In this document: piece by piece, positions 52,754 through 63,800 of the stretch | Layout: every line of letters begins with the position of its first letter | How positions within the stretch are numbered: the first letter of the stretch is position 1 | IMG/VR virus record: IMGVR_UViG_3300033463_000112 | DNA from: an uncultured virus (IMG/VR IMGVR_UViG_3300033463_000112) | Lineage: Duplodnaviria > Heunggongvirae > Uroviricota > Caudoviricetes | DNA: 64,000 nt | Reading direction: 5' to 3' (one strand) | Notes under the pieces: model-generated | The model's database searches: none | What the model was told of the DNA's origin: nothing | Seen by the model: only the letters and a program-made list of their open reading frames with translations | Translations under genes and position numbers: made by a program

Positions 52754-55700
52754 ATGGCAAAGGGAACTGGAACAATCGACTCTCTGAATTTTGAGGTTTT
52801 GCTTCTGGACGACAAGTTTAAAAAGTCCGTGGAGGCCGACCTGAAAATAGCTCAGGACCTTAATACGAAGCTGACTAATGTTCTGAACCTGAAAAAGCGC
52901 CTGAACAGCGAAACGACCCAGCAGATTGTCAATGCCGAGAAGGTCCGTCAGGCAGAACAGAAAACGGCTCAGGAAATAGCCAAAACTGCCCTACAACAGC
53001 AAAAAGTAGCCACGGAGGTAGAACGCACCAGAAAGATTCAAGAAGGGCATACAGGGGCCGTAAAAAGCACCAATGCGGCACTCGGTAACACACAGGCAAT
53101 CTTGCGCACGCTGAGCCAGCTTACCGGCGTAACATTCTCCGTTACCGGCCTTCGCCGTTTCCTTGCCCAGCTTATTGAAATAACGGGCCAGTTTGAGGTT
53201 CAGCGCATGGCGCTCCGGAATATGCTTCAGGACGTGGACGGCGCGGACAAAATCTTTGAGGACCTGTACCGCTTTAGCTCTGATTCGACTTATCGTTTCT
53301 CTGAGCTCGCCAAGTACGCAAAACAGCTTGCCGCTTTCAATATCGGCAAAGACTCCTTGCTGGAAACTACCAAGATGCTCGGCGACGTTGCCTCCGGCGT
53401 AGGTGTTTCTATGGACCGCGTTATTCTGGCCTACGGTCACGTGAAATCCTCTGGATTCCTTCGTGGTATTCAGCTTCGTTCCTTCTCCCAGAACGGTATC
53501 CCGGTGCTGGAGGAACTGGCAAAGCAATTCTCCGAAATCGAAAAGCGCACCGTTTCTTTGGGTGAGATTTTCGACAAGATGATGAAGCGCGAAATCCCCT
53601 TTGAAATGGTGGAGGAAGCGTTTAAACGCATGACCTCCGAGGGTGGTAAGTTCTACCAGATGCAGGAGGTTCTGGCTAAGACGCTGGCGGGTCAGATTAA
53701 CATTCTGAAAGGCCGTTGGGAAAATATGCTCGCGGCTATCGGTCAGGCTAATTCCGGTATCCTGAAAGGCACGGTAAGCTCCATAAGCAGCTTGCTTGTG
53801 CACTACGACGAACTCGGAAAGAAAATCGTCGAAATCGTTTCTCTGTACGGCGCGTATAGGGCGGCTATCTATGCTGCCGAACTGGCCGCTAAGGGCTATA
53901 CCGCCGCAGAAATAGCCGAAGTTACCGTCATGGAGGTTAAAAACAAGCTGATGCTTAAAAACCCCTATGCGCTCCTTGCGGCCGCTATCATCACCGTTAC
54001 CGCCGCCGTCTGGAAGATGATTGACGGCATGAAGGAGGCAACGGCTATGCAGGAAACAATGGCTAAGGAACAAAGTAAGTACACTACTGACCTTACCAAG
54101 AGCGTTTCCGAGCTTGACCTGCTGTACGGCAAACTGAAACTGGCCGCTAAGGGCACGAGCGAGTACGATACGGCCGTTCGTTCGATTCAGTCCAGATACG
54201 GCGAGTACATTACCCAGCTTCAGAACGAAGGTGTTGCCGTATCCGACCTTGCGGCAATCTACGACCAACTTCGCCAGAAGGTTGAGGACGCGGCTAAAGC
54301 AAGATTCATAGCGTCGGCCCGTCATTCTCTGGAGCAGACTTACAGCGAGCAGATAGGTGAAATCTTCGATAAAAACGGAAGATTCTCTATGGTGCGCGTT
54401 GTAAATCAGCTTGATTTGGACGCTAAGGAGGCCGGGTTCCTGAAAATGATGATTGCCGGTGTTACCTCTGAGGAAAACCTCCGTAAGCTCGAAGAGGCCA
54501 CGTCGCTATTTGAGAAAATCGACAAGGGCTTTATCAGCTATGGCGCTGGTGATACCGGCCCCGTAAAGGCAGCAAAATACATTGAAAATCTCAGGCTCCG
54601 TGTGGCTGAACTTAACCGGGAGTTCAATGATAGCAACGATATTATTGAAACCTTTGTTAACGCGCTCACTAAGACCGACGACAACGGCGGCGGGAACCCA
54701 GATACGAACGGTGTAACCATTCGTCTTTCGAGCATAATTGCCGGTATCAGAAAAACGGAAAAGGATATTGCCCGTCTGGAGAAAAAGGCGGCCACCGTGG
54801 GGCTCTATATCGGCAAAGATAAGAACGGCAACGAGATTAACGAAAAGCAGGAGCTTGCGAACCTTCGTGCCGCCCGGGAAGAGGACATTAAAGCCTATGA
54901 GGAAATCATGGGTAAGGGCTCTTTCAAAAAGTACGAAAAGAGCCGTGCCGACGCTGACAAGGAGGCCATTCAGGCGCTCAAAACTCAGTGTACCCTTCTC
55001 GAAAAGTATAAGGACGCTTACGACAAGCTGGAGCCGATTATGGGCCGGGACGCTACTATTGGCTTCCTGTCTAAAATGTTCAAGCAGGACGAGTCCACTT
55101 TCGCAAATCTTGACAAAGATATAGCGGACGTGGTGGAGAGCCTCCGGGCGCTTGGCGAACAGGGTAACGAGGCCGCAGACGCTATCGAGGCTCGGCTCGG
55201 GACCGACGCTGTTTCCAAACTTGTTGCGCTTGACAAGGCGGCAAAGAAGGCCGAACAGGACTTTGCAAACGCAGAGGCGAAACTCAATGAATACCTGACT
55301 AAAGATTTCGGCATTGAGGGCGAGCGTGTTGCGGCAAAAATCAGTAAGGCTCTTGCGGACCTTAAGACAAAGAACGCTGGTGTAGATGCGCACTATGGGG
55401 AGCTTGTTAAGACCCTTGAAAAAGAGCGCCAAAAAGTTGTTGACGACTATATCAAGAGCGGCCACTCGGCAGAAGAAGCAGATGCTTATTGGGACGAATA
55501 TAAAACCAGAATGACCGATGCGCTCAAAGCTCAGGCGGCAAAGGAAAAGGCCCAAAACGCCGCCGTGATGAAAGAGCGCGTCCGTGGAATGGCAAAAGCC
55601 CTATTTGACGAGCAAATGGAGGGTTTTGACCTCTCTAACTGGACCGACAAGACGCTTTCGCAGATTCAAGACATTAAGGACGCAATGGAACACGTTACGC

Positions 55701-57244
55701 TCCCTGATGATTTGAGAAAAGCGCTCGGCGACAATCTGGAGCTTGCCGGTATGCTTTATATGGAGCTCAAAAAGATTGCCGGAGAGAACCTTACCAACAC
55801 GGTTGTTCCAGAAATGAAAAAGTCGTGGGCGAGCACGGCTCAGAATGTGGCAAAGTACATTGGAAAGGCCGCAGAATCTATGCGGCAACTTGCCGAAGCA
55901 ACGGGCGATTCCGCGCTCAGCGATGCGTCAAAGGCCGCTTCTGCGATTTCTGAAAACCTTTCTGCGGCCGCAGCTGGTTTTCAGGTTGGCGGCGCGTGGG
56001 GTGCTGTGATTGCCGGTGTTTTAGACGCTATTGTGCAGATAGTAAATGGCATATCTCAGGCAGAGGCAGAGGCTATGCAGATGCGTAACACGATACGCGA
56101 AATACGCTATGAAATGGCCGAAGCACGCTGGAGTGATAGCCTTTCTGCCGGTGATAACGGCATTTTCGGTGAGAACTTTATCGAAAACGTAAGGGCCGCC
56201 ACAAAGGCAATAGACGAGTCGAAAAATGACCTAAAGTCGGCAAACGCCTATATGGAAGTTTACCACCGTTACGTGCGCTTTAATGCCCCGTTTAATATTT
56301 GGGGACTTCTTGACAAAGAAAAGGGTCATGCGGTAATTAAGACCGACCATAGTTTCTGGAACGGCGATACGTGGACCAAGCTCGAAGATATTGCCAAAAA
56401 CCTGAACATGGAACTTTACCAAGAGGGCGGGTATTTGAACCCTACGTTTTTGGAAAAGGTTATCGAGCTTTATGGCGACGCAAACGAACAGGCGCTTGAC
56501 TGGCTTCTGAAAGAAAAGGAGGCCGCGAAAGAATATAATGCCGCAATAGAAACAATCCATAACTCCACGAAGGAACTTTTTGATTCGCTTTCGTCTGATA
56601 TGACGGACCAGTTCATTGAGAACTTTAAGGAAATGGGGAACGCCGTTGACGACCTCGGAGATGTGTTTGAAAACCTCGGCGAAACAATCCTTCGTTCGTT
56701 GCTCCAGTCCTACATTCTTGATAAAGTGCTCAATCAGTACGAGGACGAGGCTAACTCTATGCTTGCCGCCTATGCGGCTGGCGAAATGTCGGAAGATGAT
56801 TATGCTAAGTGGCTGAAGCAGTTTACAGAAAACGTGCAAAGGGATAGCGAAAACCAGTCTGCCGCTATCAACGGTCTGATTAACGCCTTTGCAAGTCGCG
56901 GGCTGATTATTAACGACGAAGAGGACGAAAACGAGTCGAATGACAAAAATTCGCTCGGCGCTGGCATCAAGTCGATTACCGAGGAAACGGCCTCCTTGCT
57001 GGCCTCCTATATCAACGCCATGCGTGCGGACATTAGCTTTATGCGGACGCTTCAGGAGGCCGGGTGGGCCAATATCGAACAGCTTACCGGCGTTCTGATT
57101 CCTTCGCTTGCCGACTACGCAGAGCAGATAGCCGCGAACACCTACAACGCCTCTCAGGACACGGCCGCTATCCTGACTGAGCTCCGGAGCGTAATCGGAC
57201 CTGCGGGCCAGTCCGGCGACGTTCTCAGGGTCGAAACGGTGTAA
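52754..57244 (+). CDS. tape measure protein
   Basis: 1496-aa helical protein with a tape-measure domain (KQLAAF...KMLGDVASG...LAYGHV...GIPV.EELAK). Confidence 0.92.
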   Translation: MAKGTGTIDSLNFEVLLLDDKFKKSVEADLKIAQDLNTKLTNVLNLKKRLNSETTQQIVNAEKVRQAEQKTAQEIAKTALQQQKVATEVERTRKIQEGHTGAVKSTNAALGNTQAILRTLSQLTGVTFSVTGLRRFLAQLIEITGQFEVQRMALRNMLQDVDGADKIFEDLYRFSSDSTYRFSELAKYAKQLAAFNIGKDSLLETTKMLGDVASGVGVSMDRVILAYGHVKSSGFLRGIQLRSFSQNGIPVLEELAKQFSEIEKRTVSLGEIFDKMMKREIPFEMVEEAFKRMTSEGGKFYQMQEVLAKTLAGQINILKGRWENMLAAIGQANSGILKGTVSSISSLLVHYDELGKKIVEIVSLYGAYRAAIYAAELAAKGYTAAEIAEVTVMEVKNKLMLKNPYALLAAAIITVTAAVWKMIDGMKEATAMQETMAKEQSKYTTDLTKSVSELDLLYGKLKLAAKGTSEYDTAVRSIQSRYGEYITQLQNEGVAVSDLAAIYDQLRQKVEDAAKARFIASARHSLEQTYSEQIGEIFDKNGRFSMVRVVNQLDLDAKEAGFLKMMIAGVTSEENLRKLEEATSLFEKIDKGFISYGAGDTGPVKAAKYIENLRLRVAELNREFNDSNDIIETFVNALTKTDDNGGGNPDTNGVTIRLSSIIAGIRKTEKDIARLEKKAATVGLYIGKDKNGNEINEKQELANLRAAREEDIKAYEEIMGKGSFKKYEKSRADADKEAIQALKTQCTLLEKYKDAYDKLEPIMGRDATIGFLSKMFKQDESTFANLDKDIADVVESLRALGEQGNEAADAIEARLGTDAVSKLVALDKAAKKAEQDFANAEAKLNEYLTKDFGIEGERVAAKISKALADLKTKNAGVDAHYGELVKTLEKERQKVVDDYIKSGHSAEEADAYWDEYKTRMTDALKAQAAKEKAQNAAVMKERVRGMAKALFDEQMEGFDLSNWTDKTLSQIQDIKDAMEHVTLPDDLRKALGDNLELAGMLYMELKKIAGENLTNTVVPEMKKSWASTAQNVAKYIGKAAESMRQLAEATGDSALSDASKAASAISENLSAAAAGFQVGGAWGAVIAGVLDAIVQIVNGISQAEAEAMQMRNTIREIRYEMAEARWSDSLSAGDNGIFGENFIENVRAATKAIDESKNDLKSANAYMEVYHRYVRFNAPFNIWGLLDKEKGHAVIKTDHSFWNGDTWTKLEDIAKNLNMELYQEGGYLNPTFLEKVIELYGDANEQALDWLLKEKEAAKEYNAAIETIHNSTKELFDSLSSDMTDQFIENFKEMGNAVDDLGDVFENLGETILRSLLQSYILDKVLNQYEDEANSMLAAYAAGEMSEDDYAKWLKQFTENVQRDSENQSAAINGLINAFASRGLIINDEEDENESNDKNSLGAGIKSITEETASLLASYINAMRADISFMRTLQEAGWANIEQLTGVLIPSLADYAEQIAANTYNASQDTAAILTELRSVIGPAGQSGDVLRVETV

Positions 57245-57357
57245 AACGACTGGCCCTTTTAAGTTGCTGATATTCAGCGCTTACAAGGGCCTTTCAATCA
57301 ATACAAATCAATACTTTTTGGCCCTTATAGGGCCAAATTGCTTAAAATTGTGACGCT

Positions 57358-57870
57358 ATGTTGTACGTTCCTCCCATATTCGACTACAAGCCGTTCTACG
57401 TTCAGTTCAGAGTCGGCAATGCTATTGATATACTCGATACTTACAAAGTTGTCGTCAAGGCGCACGACTACCCATCGGCACTCAAAGTCAAAGAGCCCTA
57501 CAAAAACCAGTGGAAAGACCAGCACGGGGACGAGGAATATATCGACCCGCTCGGCCTGAAATACGAGGCGTTCACGTTCAAGCTGGAATGTGCCATGTTT
57601 GCCCGTGGCAACGACGCTATCAGCGAGCTTAAGACGGGGCTCAGGGCTTTCCAGAACGCGCTCGCTCAGGGTTTTTTTCGCACCTACGACGCTTACACCG
57701 GATTCGGGTTCAAGGACGTTCGGCTGTCTGAGTTCCCAGCCCCTGCGGAGGACGCTTACGACCAGTACGGCCAGTACACCAGACTGATTTTCTCTGTTAC
57801 GCTGAAAGTCAACGACCCGGCAACAAGCATGAAGTATAATCAGTCGCTTAACTATATCGTGGAGGGCTAA
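57358..57870 (+). CDS. distal tail (Dit-like) protein
   Basis: Follows the TMP; KEPYKNQWKDQHGDEEY...LKVNDP. Confidence 0.65.
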   Translation: MLYVPPIFDYKPFYVQFRVGNAIDILDTYKVVVKAHDYPSALKVKEPYKNQWKDQHGDEEYIDPLGLKYEAFTFKLECAMFARGNDAISELKTGLRAFQNALAQGFFRTYDAYTGFGFKDVRLSEFPAPAEDAYDQYGQYTRLIFSVTLKVNDPATSMKYNQSLNYIVEG

Positions 57871-57874
57871 GCGT

Positions 57875-60800
57875 ATGAGATTCGACATTATCCAGAATAA
57901 CGCGCCAATAGCGAACGGAGCGCCTTCTTTCACCGGGACTTACCTTAAACCCGGTGTTTTGACTTTCAGGGAGATTGCTTCGCCGTTCCCGATTCAGTGG
58001 AAGATTGGCGACTACGTGGACTACCCCCGTACCGGGCTCCGGTACTATCTTTACAATATCCCGCAAGTCAAGAAACAGGCAGGTTACAAGACTTACGGGG
58101 GCGCATACTTGTATCAGAACGTACAACTGCACGATGCGTCCTATGAGCTTGAAATCTGCCCGTTCCGGGATTTGGTGCACAATGACAATCTGGTGCATTT
58201 TTCTACCCAAAGCGCCATTTCCGTTTTCGACGACGTGGCCGGTATAGCGGAGCGTATTCAGGCGTGCCTCGATTCGTTCCACCCGGGCGCGTGGAAGATT
58301 CAGCTTGCGACGGCCGAAATGGGCGCTCCGACTGAGCTTCTGGCCCTGATGCAAGAGGAAAGGGAATTTTCCGTTTCCGGCGTTTCTTTGCTCGGTGTTC
58401 TGGATAAGGTCTATGAGATTTGGCCGGAGGTGGGTTGGGTCTATTCGTTTGAGAACGGGCTTAACACTATCACGATTGGCGGCGCGGGCCTTAACGGCGC
58501 GGGCGACCAGTACGAATACGGCAAAGGAAAGGGCCTTGTTTCCCTGACTAAGACGGCGGCCAACACCGAGGAAATCGCTAACCGCCTGTACGTGTACGGT
58601 TCCCAGCGCAATATGCTGGCGAATTGGTATAACACTCAGGAAATCTACGGCGCGGAGTCCGTCGATATTCAAAACCTGATGCTTCCTTCCGACCCCGTTA
58701 CCGGCGAGGCTGTCAAGTACGTTTACGACGGAAAGATATACACGTATTCCGGCAAGATTTACACGTTTGCTGGCCCTACAAGCAACTATAACGGTTGGGG
58801 CCGGACTGAGGGACTCCCGGACCCCGCAAAGGCTTATATCGAAGATTTGGCCTCTATTGCGGCTAAGGGCCTTCGGGCAAAGAGCATCTACTTTGACGGT
58901 TCCGGCGACCTGAAGGAAATCTACCCGACCCTTGAGCGCGTGACAATGGCCGAGGTTCGGGCCGCTTCGCCCGAATATGTCCCGTCGGCTATCTGGTACG
59001 ATTCCGACCGCGTGGACGAGGTGCTTTCCTGTGAGAATCCTGCAGACTACGGCTTAGCCTCCGGGTCCACCGGAAAGGGCGCAGACGTTGTGGAGTACGG
59101 CACGTATAATCACAACGGGGAATACAAGACTATCGCTGTCGGTTCTATCCTGACGACCGGGCTTTTCGAAGGCGAGTTCAACGTGGGTTCCGGTGCGGCC
59201 GAGCTTGTTATCGAGCACCCGTCCGTTGGTATGATTGGCGGCGCTACGAACGTTCAACTCGGATTCCGGTTCTATCTGAAGCGCGGGAGCGCCGACCCGG
59301 TGCGGTTCTACGAAACCCGTATCAATCTGACAAAGGGCGACGCGGGTTCGTATTCCACTGCGGCCGGTAGCGTTACCTGCGACGATACTCCGGTATTCCA
59401 GTCTGGCGATAAGGTTGTAGTTCAAATGTTCCTTGACCTTTGGAACATGGGTACTGATACCAGCGCCACCGAATTGCTTACCAACTGTTCCGGTACTCTT
59501 ACCTACAAGAGCAAGGTATTCCGCACAAAGACGTTCAAGCTGACTCTCAAACAGATTGGCTTTAACATTTCCGAACAGGCCGAGCTCGGTGACGGTATGA
59601 CGCTGGCTATGCGCACCGGTGATTGCGCAGGACGCGAGTTCAAGATTAAGAGCGCCACCTATGCTCAGAACACCGATACGTGGGAACTTGAAATAATCCG
59701 TTCCGAGGACGAGTCGCTCGCTCAGTGGTTCCCGAATCTGGACTACCAGATTGCCACCGGCGACCACTTTGTATTGCTGGATATAGCAATGCCAGAAATG
59801 TATATCAAGATTGCCGAAAAGCGCCTGCTCGCCGCCGGACAGGAAGTACTGGCCGACATGGCGAAAGAGCAGTGGCAATACGTTCCCGACATTGACGCTA
59901 AGTTTATGGTTGAAACCGGTAGGATTATCCTCCCGGCTCAGAACATAACCCTTTGCGACGATATAACCCCGAACGGCTCCCCGGTTAAGATTCTGGTTGA
60001 TTCCGTCACTATCAACGAAAGTGACGCGGCTATTCCGACCTACAAAGTGACGCTGAGGGACAAAAAGAAAAAGTCCTATTCCGACAAGGCCAGCGTTACC
60101 CAGATTTCCTCCCGTCCGGTTGAGGAAACGCCCGCTCAGGCCGAAACCCAGACCTCCGGCGGTTCGTCTGGAGGCGGTTCCGGCGACGGCCACACCCACA
60201 ACAACAAGGAGGTGCTTGACAAGCTCGGCCTTAATGGCCTTTATTTGCTTGCTGACGGCTCGAAAATACAGGCGGGGTACTCTGATACCGCCGGGGACGC
60301 TACGCACGCCACAAACGCCGATGAAGCCTTAGATGCGGCACACGCCGACGCGGCCGACGAAGCGCTCCATGCAGACGACGCAGACCACGCGGACGATGCG
60401 GACCACGCCGACCTTGCAGACCAAGCTACGCTGGCCGACTACGCCACTGACTCCGACAAGTGGGACGGCGAGCACTTTGGCGACTACCTGAATCAGCCTG
60501 TGCGCACTACCGACGACGTTCAGTTTGGCAAGGTAACGACCCCGGAGGTTAAGTCCGCAAACTTTACCACCGGCCCGCTCGGTGTTGGCTACTCGTTGAA
60601 GCAGATTCCGAACGGAAGCGCCACCCTCGAGCTTGACGAAATCACGGTGCGCAAGACCATGAAGGTCTTTGAACTCATTATACAGCAAATTCTGTATCAG
60701 GGAGGCATTGTGATTTACTCTGCCGCCGCGATTGAATGTACCCGCGTGGTGGAACTGGAAACGGGCTACAAATGCTTCTTTGACACGAAAGAGGATAACG

Positions 60801-63800
60801 ACGGGCACGCTCAGGTCCCTAACCTCTTTGCCGTTGGCGACCAAGCCCGCTGCCAGAGGTTCCAGCTTGCGAACACCGTTGCGAAATACTACTGGAGGCT
60901 CGTCACGGAAGTTGGCACAGACTATATCATACTGAGTAAGGCCGATTGCGACACTGGCTCCGGAGTACCGGCCGCCGGTGATAACATTGTGCAACTCGGT
61001 AACAGGACCCAGACGGCCCGAATGAACGCTCAGGTTATCACTGTTAACGACGGAAACTCCCCGCGTACAGACTACTACAAGGGGATTAACTCCTACGACC
61101 TGACCGGCAAGCTCATTACCACCGTTGGCGTGAAAAACGGCGAGGTGGGTGTATGGACTAAGAACGGTTCGTTTGAGGGCGTTGTGACTATCGGGAGCGG
61201 TTCGTCCGGGTTGCAGAACATGGAGGAATGGACGGACCTTTCCAATTCGATTATTGCCGCCCAGACCGCCGCAGACAAAGCCCTGTCTTTGCTTGCGGAC
61301 ATTAACGACGACGCTGTTCTGGACCTGAACGAAAAGAACGTTATCAGGACCGAATGGGTAACTATTAACGGCATCGAGAGCACCTCGTCCACGAGCCCCC
61401 GTGGTTCCTATTCCACGCTGAAAGCTCAGTATGAGAAATACGCATCTTTGATTGGCCGTGCCAGCTATACCTACGACGGATATGTGTTTACCTACAACGG
61501 GCTTAAATTCACGTACCGTTCCGTTGGCGTGGCCGGGCTTGATGCCGCGTATCTGGAGCTCAGGGAGTTCCTTGCGACACTGAACCTGAACAACCGCGAG
61601 GAAGTGTACCGTGGTTTTGACCGTACCAAGTTCTCTAACTTGCTGACGGCCTACTACGATGCCGAGCTCAAAGTATCCGACGCGATTTCTCAGGCGCTCC
61701 AGAATGAGATTGCCATTACTAAGGCTGAGATTCTGGCCGACCTTGCGGCCTTTGAGGGTGTGATTAACAACACCGTCGAGGAAATGCAGGCCATTATCGA
61801 CAACACGATTGAAACGTGGTTTGCCGCCGGTACTCCTACGACCAGTAACCTCCCTGCCTCCGCGTGGACCACGGAAGAGCTCAGGGAGCGCCACCTCGGC
61901 GACCTGTACTACGATAACGGTAGCGCGGATTCTACGGACCCGGATTACAGCCCTACTGCTGGCTTTGCTTTCCGTTGGCAGAGGGTTGAGGTTGACGGGG
62001 CCTACGTCTATTCGTGGAATATGCTCCCGGATAGCGCCGTTGCAGAGGCCCTTGCGAAAGCCAATCAGGCTCAGGACACCGCCGACGGCAAGCGCCGGAC
62101 ATTCCTTACCCAGCCGGGCCAGAACGACGAGTACGACCCCGGCGATATGTGGCTCCACGCCACGGCCGGTACTTATACCGATGAAACGCTCGTTGCAACC
62201 GTCCATAAGGACGCTGGAACGGCTTTCAATATTGCCGACTGGAGCCGGGCCGATAAGTACACCGACGACACGGTAGCTAACGCTGCAGCCGCTGCCGCTC
62301 GGGCCGCGCAATCCGACGCTACGCAGGCGCTTGCTGATGCGCTGGCCGCCGCCAATGCTGCTGCCGCCGCTCAGGGTGATGCGACCGCCGCGCTTAACAA
62401 GCTCTCAATTTGGGCTTCTGACGGCTATATTTCCCCGGAGGAAAAGTCCGCTCTCAGACAACAGAGGGCCGACATTGAAGCTGAGAAAATCCAGATTTGC
62501 GCCGATGCGGCCCTTTACCCAACCGTATCTGACACTGACTACGTGGCCGCATATAACGCGATTTGCGGCACTAACGGGGTCTTTGACAAGTACACGGCCG
62601 CTTCTCCTGAGAACATTCCCGTAGTGGCCGCAGAATTGGCCCTAATCGACGCATACTACGCCGAGCGAACGGATATACTGAACGATATTGCCGCCGCCGC
62701 CAAATCTAAGGCCGATGCGGCCCAGACCGCAGCCAACAACGCTCAGGCCGCCGCCGACGCGGCTCAGGCAGACGCAACTCAGGCACTCTCCGATGCAGCT
62801 GCAGCTCAGGCAACGGCTAATCAGGCCGTGCAAGACGCGGCCACGGCTCAGTCTAAGGCCGACAGCGCTTACTCGATTGCCACGGCCAACCAGACCAAGC
62901 TGAACACGTGGGCCTCCGACGGGTATATTTCCCCGAATGAGAAAACCGCCTTGAAGCAACAGCAGAAGGATATTCAGACCGAGGAGGCCGATATTCTTAC
63001 TCAGGCGAGCAAGTACGGCGTATCTACTACGGCCTACGAAGCGGCGTACACCCTTGCGAACACCGCCCTTACCAAGTACACCGCCGCCTCTCCGGAGTCT
63101 ATTCAGATTGATTCGGACTATGCTAATATCGCGGCCTACTACGATGCCCGCACGACGATTCTTGCCGCCATTGCCACGGCCGCTAAGGCTTACGCACAGA
63201 CGGCTACTGAATTGGCCGAGTACGCCTGTGCTGCCATTAAGGATATTAACGACGACACTGTGCTCGATATATCCGAAAAGGCATCTATCCGCACGCTCTG
63301 GATTTCGATTAACGGCGACGTTGATACCGGGCGGACCGGTAGCTCCGGTACTTACTACAAGGCCAAGCAGATGCTCGCCGACGCGGCCGCTTCTGATGCG
63401 CCCCAGCTTGCCTACGTGTTTAACGACAAGATTTACACGTTTAACGGGAAGATTTACACGTACAACTCCGTTGGCGAGGCCGAGCTTGACGCGGCATATC
63501 TGGCCCTGCGCGAATATCTGGCCTCCGTCCAGCTTAACGTTAACGAGCCGTTTAGCGGGTTCTCGCGGTCGATTTACTCCGCCCGGGTGCGTGACTACAA
63601 CGTAGCTCTGAATAACGTATTTAAGGTGCTTTCTGACGTGGCTCAGGCCACTGCAGACGAGGCGTTGGCTAAGTCTAATGCGGTCGAGTACCTGAAAAAT
63701 GCGCTTGCGGCCGATAACACGGTGATTTCTGGCGGCATGGTCCTGTCCTCGTTCATTGGCGTTAAGGACGGCAATAACGTTAAGGCTGGTATTAACGCTT

